A stretch of 62,922 bases of DNA from an uncultured Chromatiales bacterium (GTDB lineage: Bacteria > Pseudomonadota > Gammaproteobacteria > Poriferisulfidales > Oxydemutatoraceae): contig CAYFZO010000012.1 in the NCBI GenBank assembly GCA_964347615.1, positions 1-62,922 on the forward strand. Reading direction: 5' to 3'. How positions within the stretch are numbered: the stretch's first letter is position 1; each line of letters starts with the position of its first letter. The notes beneath the pieces were generated by a model. It worked only from the letters and a program-made list of their open reading frames with translations, made no database searches and was not told the DNA's origin. The position numbers were made by a program, and so were the translations under genes. This document shows positions 15,001 to 20,488 of the stretch, piece by piece.

Positions 15001-15363
15001 TAAGCCGTCGAACACGCCCGCCGGCAACATTTCTAACCGGTTGCCCGATAAATTCAACGTTTTCACGCCGCCCAGCCCGCTGAAATCCATCGACTTCAAA
15101 TCGCTGATGCTCCTGCCGCTCAGATCCAGAGCGGTTATGCCTTGCAACGTGTTGGGATTGAAAGCGACGCAACCCCCGTCCGTGTCCGTCGCAACAAGGA
15201 TTGCAAATTGAACCGCCAGTGTTCGTTCACACAGCGGCGGGTCGAAACCCTGCGCTTGCGCCTGAATGAAGAAACCCGTGAAGAGCCCCGCGACCGTGCT
15301 CGGCACGACCACCGAGACAAGTGCGCGCAATCGCCGCGAGATCGGCTGTAAGCTAGCCGTCAT
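1..15363 (-). CDS. Giant secreted/surface leucine-rich-repeat protein with Calx-beta-like and Ig-like repeats (>5120 aa, 3' end beyond the window)
   Basis: ATG at 15363 (in-frame TAG upstream at 15379-15381) reads MTASLQPISRRLRALVSVVVPSTVAGLFTGFFIQAQAQGFDPPLCERT..., signal-peptide-like, followed by LxxLxLxxNxLxxLPxxxFxGL repeats. The same frame is still coding-like at base 1 (...VRVTTDPVLEGDERV). The ORF track lists no stop-bounded minus ORF in this frame, implying it is open to the edge. I translated segments, not every codon. Confidence 0.9.
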   Translation of the reverse strand, partial: MTASLQPISRRLRALVSVVVPSTVAGLFTGFFIQAQAQGFDPPLCERTLAVQFAILVATDTDGGCVAFNPNTLQGITALDLSGRSISDLKSMDFSGLGGVKTLNLSGNRLEMLPAGVFDGLTGLQTLNLSDNELRFLKPSAFSDVDQLRVLDLSYNRLELLPWEGAFRGLSNLRELNLEHNRLRGALRGNRFAGLDDLRRLDLSDNRLQDLEADLLRYTPKLKQLDLRNNRLGFLRAKLFEGRDFNPAAVDGYGGSLLLSGNPGPDGDPRTPFALVVEVRAHRVDATSDFSWVDFSAYLAQGAPFDVEFEWKVEGGQFSDPAGSGGSLSAGGLSSEGKDRVRHSDTRSDPPEIPDVRVSFTALPSLPQGNSGCGYSPCYDGFVIRAPADVPDANCRLRPGCYRNPIDYEIYNYNLIFWPPAEVSDVRFVSSRENSDGYVTGFDVIVIEVLFDSRIVVVEGKPELVVTIGNAERRATYVPSEGGSDAMRFRYRLLRDDPADDDGIALERIERNGATIDDMLVGHNSPDLDLADHGGTYPDQKVQRLSVIMFDVATASVREGSQVFLDFTLDPSVSGPFDLNFSSDFSGALISGFPTGRIPAGASGGRIQVSVPDNDWVGRARETFTVSLRDSGDYVPIAVATVAIEIEEGLCDRTPQVRDALMEVTGRDDCTAVTNEDLAGVVTLDLSDRGIERLNPRDFLGLSSLRGLDLRDNELQILPAGIFEGLVGLGDASSYLFLENNPGTPFDFVIQMGIDGTSPRSNDEVVTIRPYLAQGAPFNFILEDVGIRTEHPVIRFIRNADFSFAAGDVRSQSNDAVLPARVNGEPPDLGFHYPEGVLPSLPAGGCGRARCYTGFGFSFGFDGYTYGSRGTVSIDGFEFTPRPQDAGGYVAGAETITAEVRFNDKLILIPSEQGGVPWLELRVGDKTRVASYVPAASATDVWTFAYALREDDVDVNGIRVVSRDGLKLNGATATGLIHEFESNSVRLPDGADDADSRYKVQQGIALSFDATTVSVGEDSILELPFNVLPAARLTFVVDYAVEGADFAYDGRVVVPAGSRRGMIRIPVGDGGETFEVRLTPSDDYVLLSPSRTSVTVKVGICDRTPQVQDALLSAIGKENCFDVTNQDLAGVDNVLNLDDAGVTSLRSKDFSGLTNLARLLLNDNRLQSLPSGLFEGLDNLGTLELRNNQLQSLRRDAFSGLGKLNRLRLQGNRLSSLPPGVFSGVGQAGWWLLLTDNPLSSLSAGVFSGTDGLNWLRLGNNAMTELPAGIFSGIAESLRALTLDDSGRTTFRSTLRFEFAGGAGMQLLTDGSGDIERVPVKLTVREGAAYRLRGDLRVEGGSASVSVVEIPPGATQSETFEVFPANAQAFVMRLDNPSPLPEDCISWQRGADGRCFSGLEIVAPAPFTLLDVSANTSVCDRTQAVQNALIQLWSGNNCDNVPTDLLRIATYLDLSDADLNGLTSGNFAGMESLERLDLSGSAGLQALGANAFGDLGSLKRLDLSSMGLRTLDSRAFSGLESLEQLLLYDNDLRELPAGIFSGLSGLGAPSGSLRVEGNPDDDSPRFVLPAVFRVAQVAGDALDFYLYLAQGAPFELSFLLTTQGASPGSSSATSSTVVIPAGSTRSEILSVNRASDQTLRLSLGDPPSLPQGNSGGNSGGNSGVDSEDDSAEDNSGGDSGCGYAPCYAGFEIASGPPFVYDGTRQAAQVTAVEFSAPRYFDDGYVAGMETMTVDVIFDKALIIDTSGGVPSLRLQVGSKVRRASYLLGRTGVDGLRFSYALASDDVDEDGVSVVSDGLELNGATVRDAFSVAAALSLARFVTPVAERQVHRISRLSFETSLASFTEGTTAELSFRLDPPTSVGLTVDYRVGAPGDTADDDDYIDAGDGTVTVEAGATRGTVLVSIRDDEEIEPAREFFTVSLSPSDDYFVASPSTLRVVIAEGVCDRTPKVREALTPSRFSGCAAVTEAYLSSRRRLDLSSTRMVAVKRGDFSGLAGLQELRLNGNFLRVLPEGVFSGLTGLQALDLGANPGSPFSLPLRVELAGGPQSPLAVDQPVPIRLTLRHGAPYYLDVSVSVVGGASSSPTVAIAAGSTQSEVFFVTRAPGARTLGMNVSPGDILGRLPFDQLTAFQGFEITSDERSFPATPGSPGSGPTVCGRTPGIRNAILQLPGSPAGCADFPYEALGFAAYLDASNVGLSAISREDFVPMIRLQRLDLSGNAPLQALGESVFDYLGDLKRLDLSSGGLRELHPKAFAGLGRLEQLLLQDNDLQTLPAGIFEGLTGLGSASGSLRLEGNNPDLDSNDGSLNFVLTAQLKVAGASGDDLEFYLYLPQGAPFALSFPLTATGSTGSVPSTVGISAGSTRGETMRVTRAAGQALKLSLGVAPSLPQGDSGGDSEGNSQSNSGCGYVPCYAGFEIASGEPLVYSGTPPPPLRVTGVEFSVPRYFDDAYLNDRTTPGAEAFTVEVVFDRELNVDTSDGEPELMLEIAGAVSTATYASASGSSGRLRFSYTIGCRGGDDCDGDVDEDGVHVNSANALRLNGAVVTDAFGTSANPSLADVVDVAGPKVRPGGLLRFDVASVEVVEGETFELGVTASRAVVSASVTYVIGAFGDTAGDEDYSDVGAGAISVFAGERNGTIRISIRDDEAVESPRESFTVSLSDSGSDAYFLASPAQVVVTIKEGVCDRTSQVRDALTTAVGAGACTDVTSSDLFGQTELDLSEEGIASLKGGDFSGLFRLRSLRLDDNDLRSLPAGIFAGLDLGSREGSLRLRGNPDVVSPDLVFTVEFRFVRVVGNQAELVLYLAQGAPFDVTVPLIAGGAFGSLAPSEVTIPAGEVQSARFRVGRQAEGTAPLRLGTPVPALLPRGGCGTPPCYSGFRIAASEVPFIYDDSPVPRVERVEFTPPPQYLDDGYVAGVETVVVEVVFDREPLVVDVAGGEPSLTLQVGETTRTATYVPTPAPIPAPISGAGDKLRFSYALAREDLDADGLSVASARSLQLNGATVTGYSRVNVDASLARFVSSPAGDRKVHRSHLVSFGDSGPVTIAEGDQSFVPFIVRPAPLQGASPDVGYGAGRAGDTATAGDYRLETGSTVVRVGGVETRYISVSTVDDQGIGPLSKFFTLYLMPPASGADYVVISPSSLRVTISEGVCDRTPAVRDVLSGRSGCAAVTDAHLARRSDVILYDQGITSLLSRDFSGLVNLRGLDMDSNSLQTLPEGVFAGLDKLVNLYLRDNQLQVLRADVFAGLGKLSGLSLSGNDLRALPEGVFAGLGELDDLFLNANQLQVLRADVFTGLGKLSVLNLSDNDLRALPEGVFAGLGRLRWLNLSDNDLRALPAGVFAGLGRLEVLHLNNNLRLSGLPPGLFSDLGKLEYLSLHGNGLSELPAGIFAGLSNLKGLRLDDNPGSAFTLALGFEVVGEVSDSALLRVTLREGAPYRLQADLGITGGELSIPAVEIPAGSTHSETFTASIPSGVTPVELEFSGVTAYATNGCLNRHRHPRTGECFSGLEIDYSARLVLDNVAVDPPICARTPGIRDAILALRDGVDCASFPTYALRAASRLDASAAGLSDFEPSDFNDMDALERLDLSGNAGLQALRVNAFGDGLTRLKRLDLSSGGLNSLHPRAFAGLSGLEQLLLHDNDVRELPAGLFAGLSGLGRVSGSLRLEDNPDDGSSDFVLTAAFRVVSAANDDLEFYLYLAQGAPLEVSFPLTAEGSTPVFLTTSTVTIPAGSTRSETLSVVRQTGHTLRLSLGDPSLPFQSRSQDDRLGDSGCGYAPCYAGFEIASGGSLAYEGEAGGLPSAPQATTMRFSSPRYLAAGYVAGVETIFVDVVFDRGLIVDTSGGVPSLQLSVGNREYRADYLPGRTADGVLRFSYVLAAEDLGDVSIASASGLELNGATVLDALGVAANLSLPDGFLTLVAARQVVATHLVSFDLEAISTEEVETTLELPFTVAPPARSALSVGYRVGAPGDTADGGDYAAGEVSSTVMVGAGETRGRVRVSIRDDEVPERPSEFFTVSLTPSTGSGYILASPSAVRVEITERGICDRTRLVRQRLVMLSGVFSCAKVTERDLAGYSSDLNLAGTGLSSLKRGDFFGLGKLRELNLHTNELTTLPAGVFEGLGGLRRLNLRDNELTTLPTGTFKGLGGLEELDLHDNELTTLPAGTFAGLGKLEILRLNGNRLTTLPAGTFAGLGELRELILSNSDHLTTLPAGTFAGLGKLEILRLDGNRLTTLPADIFAGLGELRNLFLSNGLLTTLPAGTFDGLGELRKLRLYRNQLVSLPKGVFRGLSNLIVLHLGSNPGANFELAVDLEPAARATVSGELSLRVVLSDGAPYSLRAGAVVSDAEISGLPGNVVTIPAGETRSEAFLVSPTGRSPTLEFIALSPPPDSCEIYERYNGQCFSGFTIDWDNEFSLDDGVSPSVSEVTVEAGKEVVARVRFSERVFVIPGSNGLNPTLSLEIGGEDRTAVYDEDLSSRDTLAFRYTPQSDDEALVDVVVPDGALDLNGASITDLADNSADLSYFGSLTLDDYSVQVRAPGDREISVVFSPGAVDVAPGSSVAFTLGTVPALLPGESATVTLTASPGVFLNGAGNVLTLHLDGETIQREEVRVSMAAGTRSGLVAAAWESFVGFEPQPPRSSLVVNPVSVTFTPDEVDVEQGDGVTVTVATMPELSPGQSATVVLTAQAGLSFGGGESVLTLRLDGATTRREVRIETSFDAPPGETGITSALSGNGFGAADEQALLSVSVRLRVVSVSVEFDVAEAVLTVSDATEVMLRLGETSGLYPGEALDFAVMTEGPGLGVDPQRVSLTESGSATVLIFARTPGERGTLTVTSVRPSAVRLEETALPVRVERDLRLSFNPAEVSLIAGGSSELVELTLERDNLLEPGETVVVTLTPSPGLEVRSESGESLSVVSLGRDAGATTRVRVSANRDADYVTPDAESLNAAASVLPDNVRVAETTLSATVEQREIRVFFEPRRITLVRGGAAPATASQTVTMRTEPELQSGEALVVSLSATGVAVVSPRGPVTLTPTDNATAVTVEATREASSGAVFVTLDEDASLLGNARVTTDTLAVAVVRGVSLSLSGYAGQDLAQFVAGGSTEVRVTTDPVLEGDERV
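2513..3075 (-). repeat. Near-identical 72/75-nt tandem repeats encoding LRR units
   Basis: ggcaacgtggtca recurs at 2585, 2657, 2729, 2804, 2876, 2948, 3020 (spacing 72,72,75,72,72,72), with a variant at 2513. Confidence 0.9.
5330..5720 (-). repeat. 72-nt LRR-coding tandem repeats with a 144-nt higher-order period
   Basis: gcccggcgaacacgccctcaggcaagg recurs at about 5406, 5550 and 5694, alternating with gacagcttaccgagaccgg units. Confidence 0.85.
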
Positions 15364-15721
15364 GCCGCCCAGCCCCCTCTAATAGAGGGGGGGATCTGGG
15401 CAGGGGTACCATTACATCGAACCTCGGCTTCACCCCTGACGGCGACGGCGTAGCGACAACGGAAAGCCGTTTGCCGAGACGGTTCACAGTCAAGAGACGT
15501 GGTGGCGGCGCAGTGATATATCGAGAGAGGGACGACGCTGAGCCACGGTCGTCGCGTACGCTCGGGCACTTACGATTGCCCCGAGCAGAAATATCTTGTA
15601 TCCCCGTCGCCCAAGTCTGCGTCCATCGGACACCCCTCCGATAAACGACTTCGCCGAACCCCCTTGGTAGAGCCATACCCATGATCCCAGCCCCCGCGTA
15701 TTCCGGATGCTAAAGACAAAC

Positions 15722-15761
15722 GAACCCTGGTATCGGGGCGACCCCCGAGCGACCGGGGTTC
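15722..15761. terminator. Long hairpin, possible terminator/attenuator upstream of the giant LRR gene
   Basis: gaaccctggt-a-tcgggg-cgac-ccccga-gcg-accggggttc folds into an extended stem, followed by T-rich runs on both strands (atttcttct; gtttgtcttt). Confidence 0.4.
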
Positions 15762-16110
15762 ATTTCTTCTCGATTATAGGTACGGAACTGCGCTCCAGTC
15801 AACCGGTTGATATGGGGTCAGCAGATATGAGGCAAAATCAGGTGCCGACGCCAAGATGCCCAAGCTACGCCGTATTGGTGGGCGCCCGACCGCGATTGAC
15901 CGGCGCCAAATCGGCCTCTCCCTGAAATTACCCCGATATGGCAAATAGAACGCCTTGCGCACGGTTCGGTTGACCCGCCGACGCAACCGCCCGTCCCTGT
16001 TTCCGGGAACCGTGCCGCCGTCAACGCGGAAGCTTGTACGAAATCCGCTCACGCGACAATTTCGTTTGAGTTCGGCACTATCGTGAGCACGCGTCAGATA
16101 CGTTGCTAGT

Positions 16111-16989
16111 GGGAACGTAATGTACGTAAATCCGCAAGAGATTGACAAACAGGTAGTAAAATAACGCAATGAAAGTACACCGCACAATCCGTATTCAGCC
16201 GCTTGGGCGGCAAGCGGCACGCATGAAGCATGAAGCCGGGAATTGGTACGCGTATCCGGTGTTCAATATGGAAGCGGCAGAGGCGTCAGTCCCGCGTTCA
16301 ATCCGGGGCGTCGGAATAAACCGGAGCGTCGGTCAGTTGGCGACGTCGGACGGGATGATTGACAGAAAGCGTAATCAGGAGGTTCTTGAGACTCATCTCC
16401 GACGTTACCGGCGGATGACGCTGCGCCGTGACACGGGCAGCCGTAAGAAACGCGTTCCACCGCCAGGTCGTTATCTGCGCGCTAAGTTGCCGCACCGGAA
16501 GACGCGCAAGAAGTTGCTTCACGCGCGAACGGACTGGTGCCACCGGGTATCGCGTGAGTTGACGAACCGCTACGACGTCGCGTATTCGGAAGAGCTGAAC
16601 GTCAAGGGCGTGACCGCCGGCGCGAAAGGCACGGCGGAAGCCCCGGGCAAGCACGTTGCGCAGAAAGCCGGTTCGGACAAGTCGATACCGGATACGGCAT
16701 GGAGCATCGAGCGGTGCCTGGGCTGCAAGATGAGCGTCGAAAAGGTACCGGCGGCATACACGAGCCAGCGTTGCAACGCCTGCGGGCGTACGGAAAAGGC
16801 GAATCGCAACACGCAAAGCGAATTCAAGTGCCGCAAGTGCGGACGTCGGGACAACGCGGAGATGAACGCCGCGTTGAACATCTTAGCTTTCAGGAATGGG
16901 GCGGCTGGACGTGGAGGCGGCAACGTCGGTCGGCCTTTGAAGCGTCAAGTTGATGCAGGATCCCCTGCGAATTTATGTATATAACTCCC
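16111..16989 (+). mobile_element. TIR-bounded tnpB element, copy E1 (non-autonomous, internally deleted)
   Basis: Degenerate left end gggaacgtaatgtac at 16111; right end tatataactccc at 16978-16989; flanks ttgctagt / ttgttact match at 6/8 (possible TSD); contains the tnpB ORF. Confidence 0.7.
16169..16984 (+). CDS. tnpB: TnpB-family RNA-guided endonuclease homologue, internally deleted, with altered RuvC residues (possibly a pseudogene)
   Basis: GINRSVG (RuvC-I), YSEELNV (RuvC-II), YTSQRCNACG...FKCRKCG zinc finger, NAEMNAALNI (RuvC-III); only 271 aa. Confidence 0.85.
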   Translation: MKVHRTIRIQPLGRQAARMKHEAGNWYAYPVFNMEAAEASVPRSIRGVGINRSVGQLATSDGMIDRKRNQEVLETHLRRYRRMTLRRDTGSRKKRVPPPGRYLRAKLPHRKTRKKLLHARTDWCHRVSRELTNRYDVAYSEELNVKGVTAGAKGTAEAPGKHVAQKAGSDKSIPDTAWSIERCLGCKMSVEKVPAAYTSQRCNACGRTEKANRNTQSEFKCRKCGRRDNAEMNAALNILAFRNGAAGRGGGNVGRPLKRQVDAGSPANLCI

Positions 16990-17940
16990 TTGTTACTCTA
17001 TCTTCTGACCCTCGCGTTATCACTGACCTTCCTGTTCTGGGCGGCGGACCGGATGTTGCTGAACGCGGTTGCCGTGTCGCAACACTTCCACGTCCCGCCG
17101 CTGATTATCGGCGCGCTCGTTATCGGTTTCGGCACCTCGGCGCCGGAACTGGTCGTATCCTCGGTCGCCGCGGTGAGCGGCTCCACGCAAATCGCCGTCG
17201 GCAACGCAATCGGCTCCAACGTGGCCAACGTCGCGCTGGTGCTCGGCGCAGCGGCGTTGCTCAGCGGCGTCTCGGCGACGTATTCGGCGTTACACCGAAA
17301 CTTCTTGCTCCTGCTGGCGGCGACGGCGTTGCCGGGGCTGTTGCTGCTCGACCAACGCGACTTGAGCCGCGGTGACGGACTGATTCTGCTCGCCGCGCTC
17401 GTGGTCGCCGTCTACTTGCTGGTCAAATTCGAAAGCGACGCCCCGCCTCCCGACGACGAAATACAACGCCGTGCAGTCAAACAAAGGCACGCCGAGATCC
17501 GTCTCGTCGGATTCACCGGCTTGTTGGTCGCCTTTTCCTACCTCGCCGTCTGGGCCGCGGTGAACCTCGCCGAGGCTCTTGACGTCAGCGAGCTCATCAT
17601 CGGACTGACCGTCCTCGCCATCGGCACCAGTCTGCCCGAGCTTTCGACGGTGCTGGTCGGCGCTTACCGCAAGCAACACGCGATGGCGATCGGCAACGTC
17701 ATCGGCTCAAACGTTTTCAACAGTCTCGCGGTCATCGGCCTGCCGGTGCTGATTGCCCCGGCGCAAATGCCACCGCAGGTGCTGGTACGCGACTATCCGG
17801 TGATGCTCGGCTTGACCGTGCTTCTTCCAGTCTTGTTTCTGGTTCCGCCGCGGGGGCGGGTCGGGCGCGGCAAGGGGCTGCTGCTGCTTGCGTGCTTCTT
17901 CGCGTATCAACTGATGCTGTACCGCGCGGCGTTCACCTGA
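16975..17940 (+). CDS. yrbG: Calcium/sodium antiporter (YrbG family)
   Basis: Two alpha-repeats GTSAPE...GNAIGSNV and GTSLPE...GNVIGSNV; multiple TM helices; upstream of kdsD. The start may instead be TTG at 16990. Confidence 0.9.
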   Translation: MYITPLLLYLLTLALSLTFLFWAADRMLLNAVAVSQHFHVPPLIIGALVIGFGTSAPELVVSSVAAVSGSTQIAVGNAIGSNVANVALVLGAAALLSGVSATYSALHRNFLLLLAATALPGLLLLDQRDLSRGDGLILLAALVVAVYLLVKFESDAPPPDDEIQRRAVKQRHAEIRLVGFTGLLVAFSYLAVWAAVNLAEALDVSELIIGLTVLAIGTSLPELSTVLVGAYRKQHAMAIGNVIGSNVFNSLAVIGLPVLIAPAQMPPQVLVRDYPVMLGLTVLLPVLFLVPPRGRVGRGKGLLLLACFFAYQLMLYRAAFT

Positions 17941-18053
17941 ACCGGCGTGGAGAACCTCAGCATCCGGATCACGTAGGCAAAGGACAAACCGCAGGGGAAC
18001 AACGCGCCTCGCTCGCGCAAGCACGCCGTTCGTCTGACGCTTGGCGCACCGGC

Positions 18054-18129
18054 AGGCGGCGACGTCGGTCGGCTGATGAAACGTCGAGCTGACGCAAAAG
18101 TCCTATAGCAACTATTGTATATAATTCCC
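18054..18129 (+). mobile_element. Right-end remnant E3 of the tnpB element (tnpB 3' end / putative omega-RNA region plus TIR)
   Basis: aggcggcgacgtcggtcggctgatgaaacgtcgagctgacgc...tgtatataattccc aligns by eye with 16915-16989 and about 21305-21383. Confidence 0.75.
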
Positions 18130-18176
18130 TTGCAAACGCTCTCAAAGCTGCGGTGCAACGCGCCCCGCCGAACACC

Positions 18177-19151
18177 ATGGCACTTGACCACGACAAGATA
18201 AAGGCACTCGCGCTGACGGTGCTCGACACCGAAGCGCAGGCGATCGAAGCGCTGAAGACGCGCGTCGGCGAAGCATTTTTCGAAGCCTGTCGGTTGTTGC
18301 ACGACTGCAAAGGGCGCGTCGTACTGATGGGCATCGGCAAATCGGGACACATTGCAAATAAGATCGCCTCGACGCTGGCGAGCACCGGAAGTCCGGCTTT
18401 CTACATCCACCCGGCCGAGGCGGGCCACGGCGACTTCGGCATGTTGTGCCGCGACGACGTCGCCGTATTGGTTTCTCACTCGGGTGAAACCGACGAGGTC
18501 AACGTGCTGCTCGCGCCGCTGAAAGACCTGAAGATTCCGGTTATCGCGCTGACCGGCGAACCGAACTCGACGCTCGGCAAGGCCGCGACCACGTGCCTCG
18601 ACTGCGGCGTCTCCCAGGAAGCGTGCCCGCTGGGACTTGCGCCGACGGCGAGCACCGCCGCCGCGCTGGCGATGGGCGACGCTCTTGCGACCGCCCTGTT
18701 GCTGACCAAAGGCTTCACCCCCGACGACTTCGCCCGCACCCACCCCGGCGGGCGGCTCGGGCGCAGGCTGATCCTGCGCGTCGAGAGCCTGATGCGCACG
18801 GGCGACGCGATTCCCACGGTACCCGCCGGAACGCCGTTGATGGACGCGCTGTGGGAGACGTCGGCGAAAGGGCTCGGGATGACCTTGGTTACCGACGCCG
18901 ACGGGCGAGTCGTCGGCATATTCACCGACGGCGACTTGCGCCGGGCGGTGGACAAGCGCGTCGACGTGCACGCGACGCCGATTGACGCGGTCATGACCAG
19001 GGATTTTCACTCCGCCCGCGTCGGCGAACTGGCAATCGAAGTGCTGGCCGTGATGGAAGCGAAAAAAATCAACTCGATGCCGGTGCTCGACGAAGACGGC
19101 GAACTAGCGGGCGCGCTCAATTTGCATATATTGCTGCACGCTGGCCTGTAA
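18177..19151 (+). CDS. kdsD: Arabinose-5-phosphate isomerase (SIS + 2 CBS domains)
   Basis: GIGKSGHIA, HPAEAGHGDFG, APTASTA and HPGGRLG motifs; ATG at 18177. Confidence 0.95.
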   Translation: MALDHDKIKALALTVLDTEAQAIEALKTRVGEAFFEACRLLHDCKGRVVLMGIGKSGHIANKIASTLASTGSPAFYIHPAEAGHGDFGMLCRDDVAVLVSHSGETDEVNVLLAPLKDLKIPVIALTGEPNSTLGKAATTCLDCGVSQEACPLGLAPTASTAAALAMGDALATALLLTKGFTPDDFARTHPGGRLGRRLILRVESLMRTGDAIPTVPAGTPLMDALWETSAKGLGMTLVTDADGRVVGIFTDGDLRRAVDKRVDVHATPIDAVMTRDFHSARVGELAIEVLAVMEAKKINSMPVLDEDGELAGALNLHILLHAGL

Positions 19152-19177
19152 CCGAGCTGTAACCGGCGCCGGGGCGC

Positions 19178-19906
19178 TTAGATGCGGAAATCCCGCCCCA
19201 GATACACTTGTCTCACCCGCTCGTCGGCAATCACTTCGCCGGCCCCGCCCGCAGCGATGACCTCCCCCTGGTTGACGATGTAGGCGCGGTCGCAGATGCC
19301 CAGCGTCTCGCGCACGTTGTGGTCGGTAATCAGCAAGCCGACGCCGTAGTCGCGCAACCGGCGCGTCAACTCTTGTATTTCGGCGACCGCAATCGGATCA
19401 ACCCCGGCAAAAGGCTCGTCGAGCAGAATGAACGCCGGCTCGGCGGCGAACGCGCGCGCAATCTCGACCCGGCGCCTCTCCCCTCCCGACAAAGCGAGCC
19501 CGTAACTCGAACGCACCTGCCTGATGTGAAACTTATCCAGCAGCTCCTCGAGTTTCGATTCGCGTTCACGCCGACTCAAGCCGCGACGGGCCTCGATCGC
19601 AACCATCAAGTTGTCCTCGACCGTGAGCTTGCGGAACACCGACGCTTCCTGCGGCAGATAACCGATGCCACGTTCGGCGCGCGCGTGCATCGGCAGCCGC
19701 GAGACGTCCTCGCCGTCCATCGAGACTCGCCCGGCGTCGGGGTCGACCAAGCCGACGATGATGTAAAACACCGTGGTCTTGCCGGCACCGTTGGGACCGA
19801 GCAGGCCGACGATTTCGCCGCTGTTGACGACAAGGGACACCGAACGCACCGCGCGGCGGCCCCTGTACTTCTTGCTCAGACCGGACGCGACCAACTCGTG
19901 GGACAT
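19178..19906 (-). CDS. lptB: LPS export ABC transporter ATP-binding protein
   Basis: GPNGAGKTT, YLPQEASVF, LSGGERRRVEIAR, LLDEPFAGVDP, ITDHNVRETL. Confidence 0.97.
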   Translation of the reverse strand: MSHELVASGLSKKYRGRRAVRSVSLVVNSGEIVGLLGPNGAGKTTVFYIIVGLVDPDAGRVSMDGEDVSRLPMHARAERGIGYLPQEASVFRKLTVEDNLMVAIEARRGLSRRERESKLEELLDKFHIRQVRSSYGLALSGGERRRVEIARAFAAEPAFILLDEPFAGVDPIAVAEIQELTRRLRDYGVGLLITDHNVRETLGICDRAYIVNQGEVIAAGGAGEVIADERVRQVYLGRDFRI

Positions 19907-19915
19907 CGCCGCGCC

Positions 19916-20488
19916 TCAGGGATCGATCGTCAGGCGCACGCGCCCCTTGCTTTTCGTCGCGTCCACGATCCGCTTCTCGAGATCGTAGACGATTCGTCCT
20001 CCCCGCAACACTTTTTCACCGTCGTCAACTCTGGCGTTGCCCAAAAACACGATGATCCGTCGTTTGACGTCGTACTCGACCACGTCGGCTTCGGCGCGAA
20101 TAAGGCCTTCTTCGGAACGGCTTTCGAAAGTGCTGGGGTTCGCACGAGCCGTGATGCGGGAAATTTCTCCGGCTTCTGAAAACACTTCGACTTCGTCCCC
20201 GGTCAGATGTACGTCGTCGCGACGGACAACAACGTTGCCGCGGTAGACGCTGCGGCCGGTGTTCCTGTCGTAGTGGATGCTGTCAGCCTCCAAGTCTATG
20301 CCGCCCTCACCCCGACCCGCTTCCCGAGGCGCGCCCTGGAATGCACCCTGAAATGCGCCCTGGGATGCGCCCTGGGATGCACCCTGGGATGCACCTCGGG
20401 ACGGATCTTGATCCTCGGCCCACAACGGTGCCCACGCCGCGACGACGCCGAACGCGACGCCGAAGCACAGGCGTTTCCTACTGTTCAT
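19916..20488 (-). CDS. lptA: LPS transport periplasmic protein LptA (with a GASQ repeat insertion after the signal peptide)
   Basis: Signal peptide; OstA-like IDLEAD...YRGNVVV...GGRIVYDL...GRVRLTIDP; lies between lptC and lptB. Confidence 0.9.
   Translation of the reverse strand: MNSRKRLCFGVAFGVVAAWAPLWAEDQDPSRGASQGASQGASQGAFQGAFQGAPREAGRGEGGIDLEADSIHYDRNTGRSVYRGNVVVRRDDVHLTGDEVEVFSEAGEISRITARANPSTFESRSEEGLIRAEADVVEYDVKRRIIVFLGNARVDDGEKVLRGGRIVYDLEKRIVDATKSKGRVRLTIDP
20331..20400 (-). repeat. 12-bp tandem repeat in lptA encoding (GASQ/GAFQ)x5-6
   Basis: gatgcgccctgg-like units; translation RGASQGASQGASQGAFQGAFQGAP. Confidence 0.9.

Noticed and set aside
51-15351. Dozens of ORF-track ORFs (up to 505 aa) in the first 15 kb
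   Set aside because: They are antisense or off-frame shadows of the giant minus-strand LRR gene, with Arg/Ser/Pro-rich composition and no recognisable motifs.
15440-15490. c-di-GMP-I riboswitch upstream of the giant adhesin (GGCAAAC on the minus strand)
   Set aside because: No GNRA-capped P2 followed by GACGCAAAG on that strand; only a simple hairpin.
18073-18103. Hammerhead ribozyme core (CTGATGA followed by a short stem)
   Set aside because: The required GAAA after stem II is absent (caaaa), and homologous copies E1/E2 lack CTGATGA. The ctgaga...gaaac in the nadE repeat linker also fails the CUGANGA core.
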